Positions 45,739 through 55,670 of a stretch of 64,000 nucleotides of DNA are shown here, piece by piece; position 1 is the first letter of the stretch, and each line of letters begins with the position of its first letter. The notes under the pieces are model-generated. The model ran no database searches and was not told the origin of the DNA. It saw only the letters and a program-made list of their open reading frames with translations. The stretch is taken from positions 6,749 to 70,748 of the forward strand of contig JAZLKG010000010.1 of NCBI GenBank assembly GCA_045597465.1, read 5' to 3'. The position numbers were made by a program, and so were the translations under genes. Origin of the DNA: Bacteroidales bacterium. GTDB taxonomy: Bacteria; Bacteroidota; Bacteroidia; Bacteroidales; UBA3824.

Positions 45739-47142
45739 TTATCCCAATATCATTTTCTCAATCTCCCTCTTGGCATCTTCAAGAATTTTTTCGCCTTCAA
45801 GTTCAAGAGTCTTGGCTTGTTGACGCATAGAAGAAATAGTATTTGCTATTTCTTTTTGTTTGTCAAGAGGGGGTAATGCAATCTTTAATTCATCAAAAAA
45901 TGATTTGTGTACTCGTTGTTGTCCTGCCGAACCTCCATAATAAAGTTTCGCAAAATTTAAAATAGTTTTATTACGTAAAAAATATAAAAATAAAATTGGT
46001 AATGCAATATTACAATCCTTAACTCTCAACACAAAAAATTCGGTTGAACCACATCCAAAATTATTTTTCAAATTTAGTGCTATGGTGGATTTGCCATTAT
46101 GCATACAAGGAGTTATTTTAGCCCATAGTATATCTCCTTCTTGAAATTTTGTTAGACCTTGAATTTCTTTTATACTTTTGGTGGAATAATATTTTATTTC
46201 ACCAAATCTCTCATCAACAGCATCCATAGGAATAAAAGATATCTCTTGGACTGAGCCATAATTTGTGGCTGGATCAACAAAAAACAAATCACTTAATGAA
46301 TAAACAGGATAACAACTAGAAAAAATTGTTATTCTTTTAGACCAAATAGAAGGATCCAACCTTTTATCTGCAACCTCACTAAACTTTGTAATAAACATTC
46401 TATCTTTAATCCCACCATAATGAGTTTTAGGCATAGTAATCCCTAACTCATTAAGTAAATATGTGTCAATAGAATCCAACAATTCATTAGCCTGCCGTAA
46501 TTTATCGGCGCGTAATGAATATGCAGAATTCATCAAATCTATAATTTTTTGTTGCATTTGAATTGGAGGTACAGGAATTGGCAAATGCTGTAATTCATTG
46601 GTATTAACACTCTGAACTGTTGTACTATGTTTAACCAATAATTTTAAAGCATAATCATTAAATACAACAAAGAAAAAACCTAAATATTCAGTCAAAATAT
46701 TATCTATTATCGGTACAAAAAACTTAATATCTTGATTTATTGCTACTTCTGTTTTATTAATGGCAATAGGCAAAGTATGCAAAAGAATGCCACTTCTGAC
46801 AACCATCAACAATGAATTTTTTACTGCAATTTTTGAAGAAGAATTCCGTAATCCCAATTCCGTAATGGAATCTTCTGTTGAATATAAATAAAAGGATTTC
46901 ATATCCTTAGAAGATACCCAAGGAATATTACCATTCCAATATTCAGGATGATTCTTAGAAGGTGTTCCTCCCGAATATGATCGAACCAAATCTGAAAATT
47001 TGAATGTATTAAATTTGTATTTAATTTTGTTATTTATAAAGTTAAAAACATACGTTGAATCCCACCTATCAAGCAAATCACTTCTCTTGATAAAAAAGAC
47101 CTTGTTGTTATCCACTTTATCGCCTAAGACAAAATCACTCAT
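45739..47142 (-). CDS. Restriction-modification specificity subunit (HsdS-like, two TRDs)
   Basis: Two TRD halves and GGSAGQQRVHKSFFDELKIALPPLDKQKEI. The ATG overlaps the upstream TAA (TAATG). Confidence 0.85.
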   Translation of the reverse strand: MSDFVLGDKVDNNKVFFIKRSDLLDRWDSTYVFNFINNKIKYKFNTFKFSDLVRSYSGGTPSKNHPEYWNGNIPWVSSKDMKSFYLYSTEDSITELGLRNSSSKIAVKNSLLMVVRSGILLHTLPIAINKTEVAINQDIKFFVPIIDNILTEYLGFFFVVFNDYALKLLVKHSTTVQSVNTNELQHLPIPVPPIQMQQKIIDLMNSAYSLRADKLRQANELLDSIDTYLLNELGITMPKTHYGGIKDRMFITKFSEVADKRLDPSIWSKRITIFSSCYPVYSLSDLFFVDPATNYGSVQEISFIPMDAVDERFGEIKYYSTKSIKEIQGLTKFQEGDILWAKITPCMHNGKSTIALNLKNNFGCGSTEFFVLRVKDCNIALPILFLYFLRNKTILNFAKLYYGGSAGQQRVHKSFFDELKIALPPLDKQKEIANTISSMRQQAKTLELEGEKILEDAKREIEKMILG

Positions 47143-49316
47143 TAATATGCCTCCTTCTCAATTATGTAATTGATGAATCTTTCTAATTCTGGGGCTATTG
47201 TATCAAGTTCGTTAACAGGGGTAGCCCTTCCCGTAGCATCAAAACCAATTTCTTCGGCTATGGCCATAAAAATATCAAAATCCTCCTGCAAAGAAGATAT
47301 TTTCTCTTCATATAGTGCCTGCAATTTATCTCTTAAATCAGAAATGTTCTGATTGTAATAATCGGACAATTCCTTTTTCCAATTCTTGAAAGCATCAGTT
47401 GACTCGATCTCCTTGCGGTCTGTCTTGCCAGTATTATTCTCGAAACCATCGTGTTTTTTTAGTCTTTCTTTCTTTTCCTTTTCCCAATTCTCGATAGTTT
47501 CCACATACTTATAAGCCGACTTCAGTTCCTTTTGAAGTTTCTCCTGGTTGGATATTATCCGCTCAGTCTTCTCCTTGGACCATTTTCTCAGAAACATTAC
47601 TGAACTCTTCACACCAGCGCCATTGGCGCTGAAAGTAGTCTGTGGGAGACTTATCACTGCAATAATTCTGTACCAATGTTGGATCTTATTTCTAACATAT
47701 TGTAAGGACGAATTGGTAAGAATACCATCTGGAATTACAATGGCAAGGATACCACCTTCCTTCAGGAAATTGTAATCCTGCTCAATAAACAATACCTCAG
47801 TACTCTGAGAATCACGGTTTTTCACGGCAGAGTTTTTTGTGTCCAGCCAGTCCACATCCCTGTTTCCCAATTTGTATTGGTGGAGGTATGCGCTCTCTGT
47901 CTGTTTTACAGAACTTCCAAAAGGAGGATTTGTAATGATAAAGTCGAATGTGCCATACTTGAATCCTTTGTTTCCTGTACGAGACTCAATCACTTCGGGC
48001 TTTACAAGTCCATCACAAGAAATCACGTTGGTATGGCCGTCGTCGTGGATAATCATATTCATCTTGGCTGAGCGCGCAATCTGCTCATTGATTTCGATAC
48101 CAAACAGATTGTTTGAGGCGAAATCGTGCCAGAAATTATAGTGTTGAATTGAGCCCTCTTTGTAGTACTCTCCTGCAAGGGTTCTCACCTTGTCGAGAGC
48201 ATAAAGCAAGAAACCTCCACTACCACAAGACGAATCCAAAACCATTGATTCGTTTGTGATAGGCAGACAGGATACAATAAACTTCACAACATTTCTTGGG
48301 GTAAAGAATTGTCCGAAGTCTCCACGGAAATAAGAACCCATAAAGGCCTCAAAAGCACGACCTTTGCTGTCAAGATCGGTATCTGACAAATTGATTCCCT
48401 GCAAATATGATACAACAGTCCTTACTCGCTGAGGAGTAAGTCTGATATTGTCCTTGAAAACTTCTCTGTCCTTTTTCCTTCCCTCCTCATATAAGTTTCT
48501 GATACGGTTAAAAAGGTCAAGGGTAATTTGTTCTTCTTTCTGTTCCTGAGACAAGATATTTTGTTTGTCTTCAATATCCACAATCTGAAAATCGTATGGA
48601 TCACCTTTTTTGCGAGGCTTGCGCTCATCCCAAATTTTGCAGAATATAAGTTTATCCAATTCATCGAAGGCCTCCGAGGGGTTCAACTGACCACCTGCCC
48701 ATAGAGACTGATGAGCCTGACGGAAAATCCTTGAGAGATCGGCCTCTGTAATTTCCTCCAAATCAAAATGCTTTACTTTGATTGGATCCGAGCCAGGATT
48801 CTCATTTCCTATTCTGCCACCCTTGGCATATTTGAATAATGGTGTCTGCTTGCCACAAGAGGGAATATTAGTAATGGTATCCTTGCGAAGGCTTTCCTTG
48901 TCGTATTTGTAATATTCGTTCTTCAACTTGGAAGTTACCCAAACATATTTGGTAGTTCCAGGCAATGCGTATGCGTAACTGAAACCCTGATCTACGGCAT
49001 TCTTGAATTCAGCTTCAGAAATATCCTCTTTCTTACATTCGATAACTATGTATGGAGACAAACGCTTATCATCCTGATATACAACTATATCAGCCTCCTT
49101 AGTAGAAGAGCCCATTGGAACGGTCACAAACATATCAATGCGCTCCACAGGATATTCATAAACGTATATCAACGAAAGGTAAGTATAAGCCTGAACCTTC
49201 TCCTCTGGATTGTTGAAGTTTCGGGACTTATTTAATTTAATATATGTAATCTTGGAAATATCGTCGTTAAAACTGATAATTCCGTCCTTAATAGCCTTGT
49301 CAAAAATTTGTTCCAT
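47142..49316 (-). CDS. Bifunctional PD-(D/E)xK nuclease / N6-adenine methyltransferase subunit (BcgI-A-like), intact
   Basis: N-terminal HsdR_N pattern EEKVQAY...EADIVVY...YIVIECKK...AVDQGFSYA. Methyltransferase motifs VLDSSCGSGGF and NPPFGS. Confidence 0.8.
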   Translation of the reverse strand: MEQIFDKAIKDGIISFNDDISKITYIKLNKSRNFNNPEEKVQAYTYLSLIYVYEYPVERIDMFVTVPMGSSTKEADIVVYQDDKRLSPYIVIECKKEDISEAEFKNAVDQGFSYAYALPGTTKYVWVTSKLKNEYYKYDKESLRKDTITNIPSCGKQTPLFKYAKGGRIGNENPGSDPIKVKHFDLEEITEADLSRIFRQAHQSLWAGGQLNPSEAFDELDKLIFCKIWDERKPRKKGDPYDFQIVDIEDKQNILSQEQKEEQITLDLFNRIRNLYEEGRKKDREVFKDNIRLTPQRVRTVVSYLQGINLSDTDLDSKGRAFEAFMGSYFRGDFGQFFTPRNVVKFIVSCLPITNESMVLDSSCGSGGFLLYALDKVRTLAGEYYKEGSIQHYNFWHDFASNNLFGIEINEQIARSAKMNMIIHDDGHTNVISCDGLVKPEVIESRTGNKGFKYGTFDFIITNPPFGSSVKQTESAYLHQYKLGNRDVDWLDTKNSAVKNRDSQSTEVLFIEQDYNFLKEGGILAIVIPDGILTNSSLQYVRNKIQHWYRIIAVISLPQTTFSANGAGVKSSVMFLRKWSKEKTERIISNQEKLQKELKSAYKYVETIENWEKEKKERLKKHDGFENNTGKTDRKEIESTDAFKNWKKELSDYYNQNISDLRDKLQALYEEKISSLQEDFDIFMAIAEEIGFDATGRATPVNELDTIAPELERFINYIIEKEAY

Positions 49317-49340
49317 ACTAAATAAATTCTTTTAAGGCTT

Positions 49341-49348
49341 CAAAAATA
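49341..49348 (-). promoter_or_regulatory. -7 box TAttTTTG (minus strand)
   Basis: 25 nt upstream of ATG 49316. Confidence 0.4.
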
Positions 49349-49495
49349 CTAAAATTATCAGTTGAAACAAAAGAAAACTATGATTTTTTCAAATTTGCAG
49401 ATTTTTCACCCAATTTCGAGCGAAGCGACATCTCAAAACAAAATTTTTTCCTATCTTTACCCCTCGAAAACTTATAATATAAAACTAACAAATTG

Positions 49496-52063
49496 ATGAA
49501 AACTACATTCAAGTTCCTTCCCTTATTGGGAATTTCGCTGTTTGCGCAGTGCAAGGAGGCTGATTTCCAGATTGTTGACAATAGCGGAAACGTAGCCCAG
49601 ATCTGCGTTGACACCGCCGATTGGAAAGGCGTCACCCGCGCCGTACAAGACCTCGCCCTCGATATCCAGAGGGTATCAGACAGAAAAGCCGAAGTAATAA
49701 ACTCGGTTGTCCCTAACGGCTCGCAGATAATCGCGGGCACCATCGGCAAGAGCCAGTTCATCGACAGCCTTGTATCAGCCGGCCGACTAAACGTGGACGG
49801 AATCCGCGGTGAGTGGGAATCCTACGTAATCGAGACCATCGACGGCAACCTCGTAATCGCGGGTAGCGACAAGCGCGGAACCATTTACGGAATCTACGAG
49901 GTATCAGAGACCATCGGAGTATCGCCCTGGTATTGGTATGCCGACGCACCTATCCAGCATCAGAACACAATCACTTGGCAGTCAGGCCGTAAGCTACAGC
50001 CGTCACCCAAAGTGAAATACCGCGGAATCTTCATCAACGACGAATGGCCATCCTTCGGCACCTGGTGCAACAACCATTTCGGAGGCGTCAACTCCCAAAT
50101 GTATTCCAATATGTTCGAGCTGATACTGCGCCTCAGAGGCAACTACCTCTGGCCGGCAATGTGGGCGTCGAGATTCAACGAGGACGACACACTCTCGCCC
50201 AAAATCGCCGACGAGTACGGCATCGTAATGGGCACATCTCACCACGAGCCGATGATGAGGGCCCACAAGGAATACACCACCCGTCGCGACTCCATCGGCC
50301 CTTGGAATTATGCTACTAACAAGCCCAACCTCGACAAATTCTTTGAGGACGGACTCCGACGCAACTGCCAGTACGACAACCTGATAACCATTGGAATGCG
50401 TGGCGACGGCGACGTGGCTATGGGCAATGGCGACGACGAGGAGAATATGCGAACCCTAACCAGCGTGGTGGAGGGTCAGCGCCAGATAATAGAGCGTGTG
50501 TATCAGAAACCAGCATCAGAAATCCCCCAACTTTGGGCCATTTTCACTGAGGTTCAGAGATATTACGACGCGGGCTTCACCGTGCCCGACGACGTAACAC
50601 TCCTCTTCTGCGACAACAATTGGGGCTACATCCGTCGCGCAGGCACTCCCGAGGCCCGACAGCGAAAAGGCGGAATGGGAATGTATTACCACATCGATAT
50701 GAACGGCGGACCCTGGAACGACCGTTGGGTAAACACCACCACGCCACACAAAATCCGCGAGCAACTCAACATCGCGTATCAGACGGGAATCGACCGTATT
50801 TGGATCATCAACGTGGGCGACCTGAAACCCAAGGAAATGCCGATAGATTTCATAATGGATTACGCTTGGGACCCCGACGCAATCCCTGCCGACAAGGTGG
50901 ACGATTGGACTACTAATTGGGCAAAATCCATCTTCGGACCCGCGCACGCCAAGGAGATTGCTGATATCATCACCGAATATTCCAAACTAAATCTTGAGCG
51001 GAAGCCTGAGGTTCAGCGTGTTGGCATCTACAGCGCATCCACGGGAGAGGCTCAGCGAATGGCCGACCGTTGGGACAGCCTCGAAAGCCGAACCCTCGCA
51101 TTATCGAAGGATATTCCTGACAATGCCCGAGACGCTTGGTACCAACTCGTTGAGTATCCAGCGGTTGCGTCGGCAGGAGTGGCCAAGATCTACCTCTATG
51201 CCACCATCAACCACTACCTCGCCCAAAAGAACAATCCTCTCGCCAGCAAATACGCCGATATGGCACGTCAACTCTTTGAGCGTGACAGCGTTATGACCGA
51301 GAAATACAACAAGGAAATCTCCAACGGCAAGTGGGACGGATATATGCTCGATAAGCACATCGGATACTCCCAGTGGTTTATGCCCGATAGGAACATTCTC
51401 CCTGAGTTGCAGGAGGTTAGTGTCTCTGATACGGAATCTGACGCAAGCTTTACTGCCGAAAAATATTGGGACGACATCGAGACCTCCGAGATCGACATTA
51501 TGGCCCATGACTACAGCCGTATCAGCCAGACCGAAACTGCCAAATGGACCTTCCTGCCAGGCCTTGGACGAGGCAAGGGAAATATGGGAATAGAGCCCGT
51601 TACATCGCCAAGTTTCCCCGACGGCAACGGCCCCGCATTGGAATACGACATCGAGTTCCAGGCATCAGGCTCTCAGAAACTTGCGGTAGGAATCCTGCCT
51701 ACCAACGACATCTATCCAGCCCGAGGTCTCCGCCTTGGAGTCCGCATCGACAACGGCGAGCTTCAGGTGATAGACGCGCGACAGGGCTACGTGGATACCT
51801 TCAGCGAATACACACCCGAGAACATCGCCCGTAGCAAGGTGCTCAAGCCATTGCCAGCCAAGGACAACAACCTCCACCTAACCAAGTGGCAACCAATGCG
51901 TAGCGAGATTTTCGACAACATCCGCTGGCTGTCGGTAAACATCGACATCCCAACCGCAGGCCTCCACACCGTAAAAATCGTGATGATAGACCCCGAAATC
52001 GTGGTAGAGAAACTGATCCTAAACCCCGACAACGACCACCCAACATATTACGGAATAAGGTAA
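49496..52063 (+). CDS. Glycoside hydrolase family 115 (xylan alpha-glucuronidase-like)
   Basis: Signal peptide. GSDKRGTIYGIYE, GVSPWYWYADAP, YRGIFINDE and NYLWPAMW are collinear with GH115. Confidence 0.85.
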   Translation: MKTTFKFLPLLGISLFAQCKEADFQIVDNSGNVAQICVDTADWKGVTRAVQDLALDIQRVSDRKAEVINSVVPNGSQIIAGTIGKSQFIDSLVSAGRLNVDGIRGEWESYVIETIDGNLVIAGSDKRGTIYGIYEVSETIGVSPWYWYADAPIQHQNTITWQSGRKLQPSPKVKYRGIFINDEWPSFGTWCNNHFGGVNSQMYSNMFELILRLRGNYLWPAMWASRFNEDDTLSPKIADEYGIVMGTSHHEPMMRAHKEYTTRRDSIGPWNYATNKPNLDKFFEDGLRRNCQYDNLITIGMRGDGDVAMGNGDDEENMRTLTSVVEGQRQIIERVYQKPASEIPQLWAIFTEVQRYYDAGFTVPDDVTLLFCDNNWGYIRRAGTPEARQRKGGMGMYYHIDMNGGPWNDRWVNTTTPHKIREQLNIAYQTGIDRIWIINVGDLKPKEMPIDFIMDYAWDPDAIPADKVDDWTTNWAKSIFGPAHAKEIADIITEYSKLNLERKPEVQRVGIYSASTGEAQRMADRWDSLESRTLALSKDIPDNARDAWYQLVEYPAVASAGVAKIYLYATINHYLAQKNNPLASKYADMARQLFERDSVMTEKYNKEISNGKWDGYMLDKHIGYSQWFMPDRNILPELQEVSVSDTESDASFTAEKYWDDIETSEIDIMAHDYSRISQTETAKWTFLPGLGRGKGNMGIEPVTSPSFPDGNGPALEYDIEFQASGSQKLAVGILPTNDIYPARGLRLGVRIDNGELQVIDARQGYVDTFSEYTPENIARSKVLKPLPAKDNNLHLTKWQPMRSEIFDNIRWLSVNIDIPTAGLHTVKIVMIDPEIVVEKLILNPDNDHPTYYGIR

Positions 52064-52097
52064 AAATAATTAACGTAAGTTCTACTAATTTTTATAT

Positions 52098-52280
52098 TCT
52101 CTAAGAGGTTAAGAGATATAAGAGTTTTCTCTTCAAAAGGCGGAGTTTCCTTCGAAAACTCCTATTAGAGTTTAAGAGTCCTTCCGCTGAGAAGCTCTTA
52201 AACTCTTTGAGTAATTTTTGTAAAAAAATTACGTCTCTTAAAATTAAGTGACGCTCTTAACTCTCTTACCCTCTTAGAGA
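52098..52280. repeat. ~185-bp structured element bounded by 19-bp inverted repeats (MITE-like or structured RNA)
   Basis: tctctaagaggttaagaga ... tctcttaccctcttagaga (18/19 complementary), with nested hairpins agagtttaagag/ctcttaaactct and ggagttt/aaactcc. Confidence 0.7.
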
Positions 52281-52367
52281 CAAAAAAAATCATCGAACTG
52301 ACGTTAATTAAAAAATCTGCGCAAATCTGTCCGATCTGCGTCATCTGTGTTCAAAAAAAATCAAGCA

Positions 52368-53924
52368 ATGAAAAAACTTATAACATCAGCAATCTTTGCG
52401 CTCGCCACCATCACCGCCAGCGCACAGGGATTCACCAATCCCGTACTCCCAGGCTTCCACGCCGACCCGTCGGTATGCCGTGCGGGCAACGACTTCTACC
52501 TCGTTAACAGCACCTTCCAGTATTTCCCGGGAGTGCCAGTCTTCCACAGCAAAGACCTCGTAAATTGGGAGCAAGTCGGCAACTGCCTCACCAGAAAATC
52601 ACAGTGCGACCTCTCGAATATGGACGGCAACGCCGGAATCTACGCGCCCACCATCCGCCACCACAAGGGCAAATTCTATATGGTGACCACCGTTTTCCCA
52701 TCGCGCCGACACTTCTACGTATCCACCAATGACCCATCGGGCCAGTGGTCGGAGCCCATCATAATCGACTTTGCCATCGGCAGTTGCGATCCCACACTCT
52801 TTTTCGATGATGACGACAAATGCTACTTCCTCTGGAAAGAGGGCGACATCAAAATCTGCGAGATCGACGTGGAGACCGGCAAGCAACTCGGCGAGATCCA
52901 TCACCTTGGCGTGGGCCTTGGCGGACGCTACCCCGAGGGTCCCCACATCTACAAGAAAGACGGATATTATTACCTGATGCTCGCTGAGGGAGGCACAGAG
53001 CACGGCCACCACGTCAACATCCTTAGAAGCACCTCGCTCTTTGGACCTTACGAGGCCAACAAAGCCAACCCCATACTCTCGCACTTCAGTATGGCCGAGC
53101 AGAACAACCCCATCCAGGGCCTTGGTCACGCCGACCTCATCCAGGCCAACGACGGCAGTTGGTGGATGATATGCCTCGGATACCGCACAAGTGGCTACCT
53201 TCAGCACGTAATGGGACGCGAGACATTCCTTGCCCCCGTCCGTTGGGACAAGAACGCCTGGCCTGTCGTTAACGGCAACGGAACCATTCAGATAGATATG
53301 GATTGCCCAACACTTCCACAGGTAGCAATGCCCAAGGATCCCGTTCAGGAGGAGTTCGAGGGCGCTGATATGCCCCTTGGCTGGCATTATCTGTGTATCC
53401 CTGATGCTTCAAGATACTCGCTCACAGAGCGAAAAGGATTCCTCCGCCTGAGGCCATCGAAAGTTACGCTCTCCGAGGTAGCCTCGCCCACATTCGTAGC
53501 CCGCCGTCAGACCCAGCTCAACTTCGAGGCCACCATCGTCATCGACGCAAGCAACCTCTCCGAAGGCTCCATCGCGGGACTCACGGCCTACGCCGCCGCG
53601 CTCAATCACTACGACATCGCCCTTACGCGTGAGAAGGGAAAACTGAAAGCCATCTCCCGAATCCGTGTGGGTCAGGTATCTCATATCGAGAATGTTATGG
53701 ATTTGTCCTCTAACGTTGCCTACCTCCGCATCAGCTCCGATAGGGATTTCTATTATCTCTCGGTATCAGCTGACAACAAGAAATTCACCCAACTCGCCAA
53801 AATGGATTACCGCTACCTGAGCACCGAGACCATCGGAGGCTTCACAGGCGTAATGCTCGGCCTCTTCGCCGAGGGCAACAAGGGATTCGTAGATATCGAT
53901 TGGATGAGGTACGAGGAGAAATGA
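52368..53924 (+). CDS. Glycoside hydrolase family 43 (beta-xylosidase / alpha-L-arabinofuranosidase) with C-terminal beta-sandwich
   Basis: Signal peptide. NPVLPGFHADPS, YAPTIRHH, EGPHIYKKDGYYYL and GHADL, plus a GH43_C2-like domain. Confidence 0.9.
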   Translation: MKKLITSAIFALATITASAQGFTNPVLPGFHADPSVCRAGNDFYLVNSTFQYFPGVPVFHSKDLVNWEQVGNCLTRKSQCDLSNMDGNAGIYAPTIRHHKGKFYMVTTVFPSRRHFYVSTNDPSGQWSEPIIIDFAIGSCDPTLFFDDDDKCYFLWKEGDIKICEIDVETGKQLGEIHHLGVGLGGRYPEGPHIYKKDGYYYLMLAEGGTEHGHHVNILRSTSLFGPYEANKANPILSHFSMAEQNNPIQGLGHADLIQANDGSWWMICLGYRTSGYLQHVMGRETFLAPVRWDKNAWPVVNGNGTIQIDMDCPTLPQVAMPKDPVQEEFEGADMPLGWHYLCIPDASRYSLTERKGFLRLRPSKVTLSEVASPTFVARRQTQLNFEATIVIDASNLSEGSIAGLTAYAAALNHYDIALTREKGKLKAISRIRVGQVSHIENVMDLSSNVAYLRISSDRDFYYLSVSADNKKFTQLAKMDYRYLSTETIGGFTGVMLGLFAEGNKGFVDIDWMRYEEK

Positions 53925-53968
53925 CGCTCGTAGATGCGCAGACGTGCGTGAAAAAAAAATAGAATAAA

Positions 53969-54004
53969 AAACAGCCATTCCTGATTAATCAAGAATGGCT
54001 GTTT
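53969..54004 (+). terminator. Intrinsic terminator after the GH43 gene
   Basis: aacagccattc...gaatggctgtt stem followed by ttgtttgtttt. Confidence 0.7.
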
Positions 54005-54012
54005 TGTTTGTT

Positions 54013-54171
54013 TTATAATCCCTGGATAATTTCCAGTGGCAAACCTGTGTATTTCGCTATTTTTTCTACAGAAAGACCGTCGGCCTTAAGTTCTTGGGCC
54101 ATTCGGATTTTTTCCTCTGCGCGACCTTGTTCGTATCCTTTTTCATACTTGGTTTTCCTGAATCCAAGCCT
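54013..54171 (-). pseudogene. C-terminal remnant of an Rpn-family gene
   Basis: The minus strand reads ...YEKGYEQGRAEEKIRMAQELKADGLSVEKIAKYTGLPLEIIQGL*, parallel to the C-terminus of the 40369..41265 paralog. An in-frame TAG lies immediately upstream and there is no N-terminal part. Confidence 0.6.
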
Positions 54172-54295
54172 CTATTTCGCAATACTTATCCATATAATAA
54201 ATAATTTTGCGACAAAGATATAAAATAATATTTATTAAATCAATGTTTTTCCAAAAATTCTTTCTAACTTAGCGCCCAAATATTTTTATCGTACG

Positions 54296-55483
54296 ATGAT
54301 ACCTACCAAACCAAAAAAAGTAATTGGAATATTGACTGGCGGCGGCGACGTGCCTGGCCTGAATCCCGCGATTAGAGGTCTCGTGAGACGCGCTATCAAC
54401 GAGGGATACAAGGTTATTGGCATTAAGCGTGGCTGGGCGGGCCTTGTGGAAATGAGGCGCGACCGCAATGCCGACAATACCGACTGTTTTGAGGAATTCA
54501 CCAAAAAACTTATCAGTCAGACACTTATAAACGAGGAGGCATTTCTGCACTCGTCGAGAACCAAACCTTCCAACATTAAGAAGGACGATATCCCTGAGCA
54601 CCTGAAGGATATCTACAACGAGGAGGTAAACGACCTTACTCCCGAGGTAATCAAGAACATAGAATACCTGCAACTCAATTACTTAGTTGTTATAGGAGGC
54701 GACGACACCATAAAATATGCGGGCCGTCTCAGCAACGAGGGCGTCAAGATAATCGCCATACCCAAAACTATGGACGGCGACGTATATGGCACCGATTACT
54801 GCATAGGCTTCAGCACCTGTATCACCCGCACTATCAATCTGATACATACCCTGAGCGCCTCGGCCGGTAGTCACGAGAGATTCCTCGTGATAGAGGTTTT
54901 CGGCAAATATTCGGGCTTTACGGCAATGCTACCTACATTGGCTGGAGTAGCCAACAGGTGCGTGATTCCCGAGGCCGAGTTCCATATCAGCCAACTCGCC
55001 GAACTTATGGTAATGGACCGAGCCTCAAGCAGTGGAAAATTCTCCACCGTTCTGGTATCGGAGGGCGCAAGATTTCACGGAATGGAGCAGACCGAGCGCA
55101 AGAGCGGAATCGGCGAGACTATCGCGCAGAAACTCCGCAAGGCCTCGGCAAAATTCAACAACGGCAAGCGTGTTGACACTATCGTGCAAAACCTTGGCTA
55201 TCTGGTACGTACAGGCTATCCAGACGCCACTGACTCGCTGGTTCCAATAGCATTCGGCAACATTGCAATGGACCTGATACTTCAGGACAAGCACGGAATG
55301 ATGACCGCCCTCCGCGACGGATTCTACACCGCCGTTGATATCAACGAGGTTGTAAACGGCAACAAAATCGTGGACGTGGATAGATTCTACGACACCGAGC
55401 TCCTGAAACCAAAGGTAGACTCGTTCATCAATCTCCCACAAATGATAATGACGAGCACTGCGGGATTAGAGAGGAGAGTTTAG
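54296..55483 (+). CDS. 6-phosphofructokinase, probably PPi-dependent
   Basis: GILTGGGDVPGLN. GGDDT (Asp where ATP-PFK has GGDGS) and PKTMDGD (Lys where ATP-PFK has PGT) are the residues associated with PPi use. Confidence 0.8.
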   Translation: MIPTKPKKVIGILTGGGDVPGLNPAIRGLVRRAINEGYKVIGIKRGWAGLVEMRRDRNADNTDCFEEFTKKLISQTLINEEAFLHSSRTKPSNIKKDDIPEHLKDIYNEEVNDLTPEVIKNIEYLQLNYLVVIGGDDTIKYAGRLSNEGVKIIAIPKTMDGDVYGTDYCIGFSTCITRTINLIHTLSASAGSHERFLVIEVFGKYSGFTAMLPTLAGVANRCVIPEAEFHISQLAELMVMDRASSSGKFSTVLVSEGARFHGMEQTERKSGIGETIAQKLRKASAKFNNGKRVDTIVQNLGYLVRTGYPDATDSLVPIAFGNIAMDLILQDKHGMMTALRDGFYTAVDINEVVNGNKIVDVDRFYDTELLKPKVDSFINLPQMIMTSTAGLERRV

Positions 55484-55670
55484 AGATCAGAGAGGAGAGA
55501 ACGCTGATTCGCTCGTAGAGACGCACGGACGTGCGTGTAATTATAACAAAACAACACAGACGTGCGTGTAAAGTCCCCGACGGGGACAAAGTATCAATAA
55601 CCGTATGTTCAACGCTCTTCAGAGCGGTTAACATACGGACAAAAAACGAACATAAAAATCACAAAATATA

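Noticed and set aside
34201-47142. Phase-variable hsdS shufflon between the two S genes
   Set aside because: No site-specific recombinase gene, no silent hsdS fragments, and no inverted repeats shared by the two S genes were visible. The two S proteins look unrelated outside the generic motifs.
54008-54223. 71-aa plus-strand ORF
   Set aside because: It is antisense to the Rpn-family C-terminal remnant. The minus-strand reading matches the paralog C-terminus, whereas the plus-strand product has no features.
55573-55638. T-box or other riboswitch-like leader upstream of argS
   Set aside because: Only two simple hairpins are present: gtccccgacggggac, and an imperfect 17-bp stem at 55601-55638. 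I could not recognise a specifier or T-box consensus. They are more simply terminators or REP-family debris after the PFK gene.
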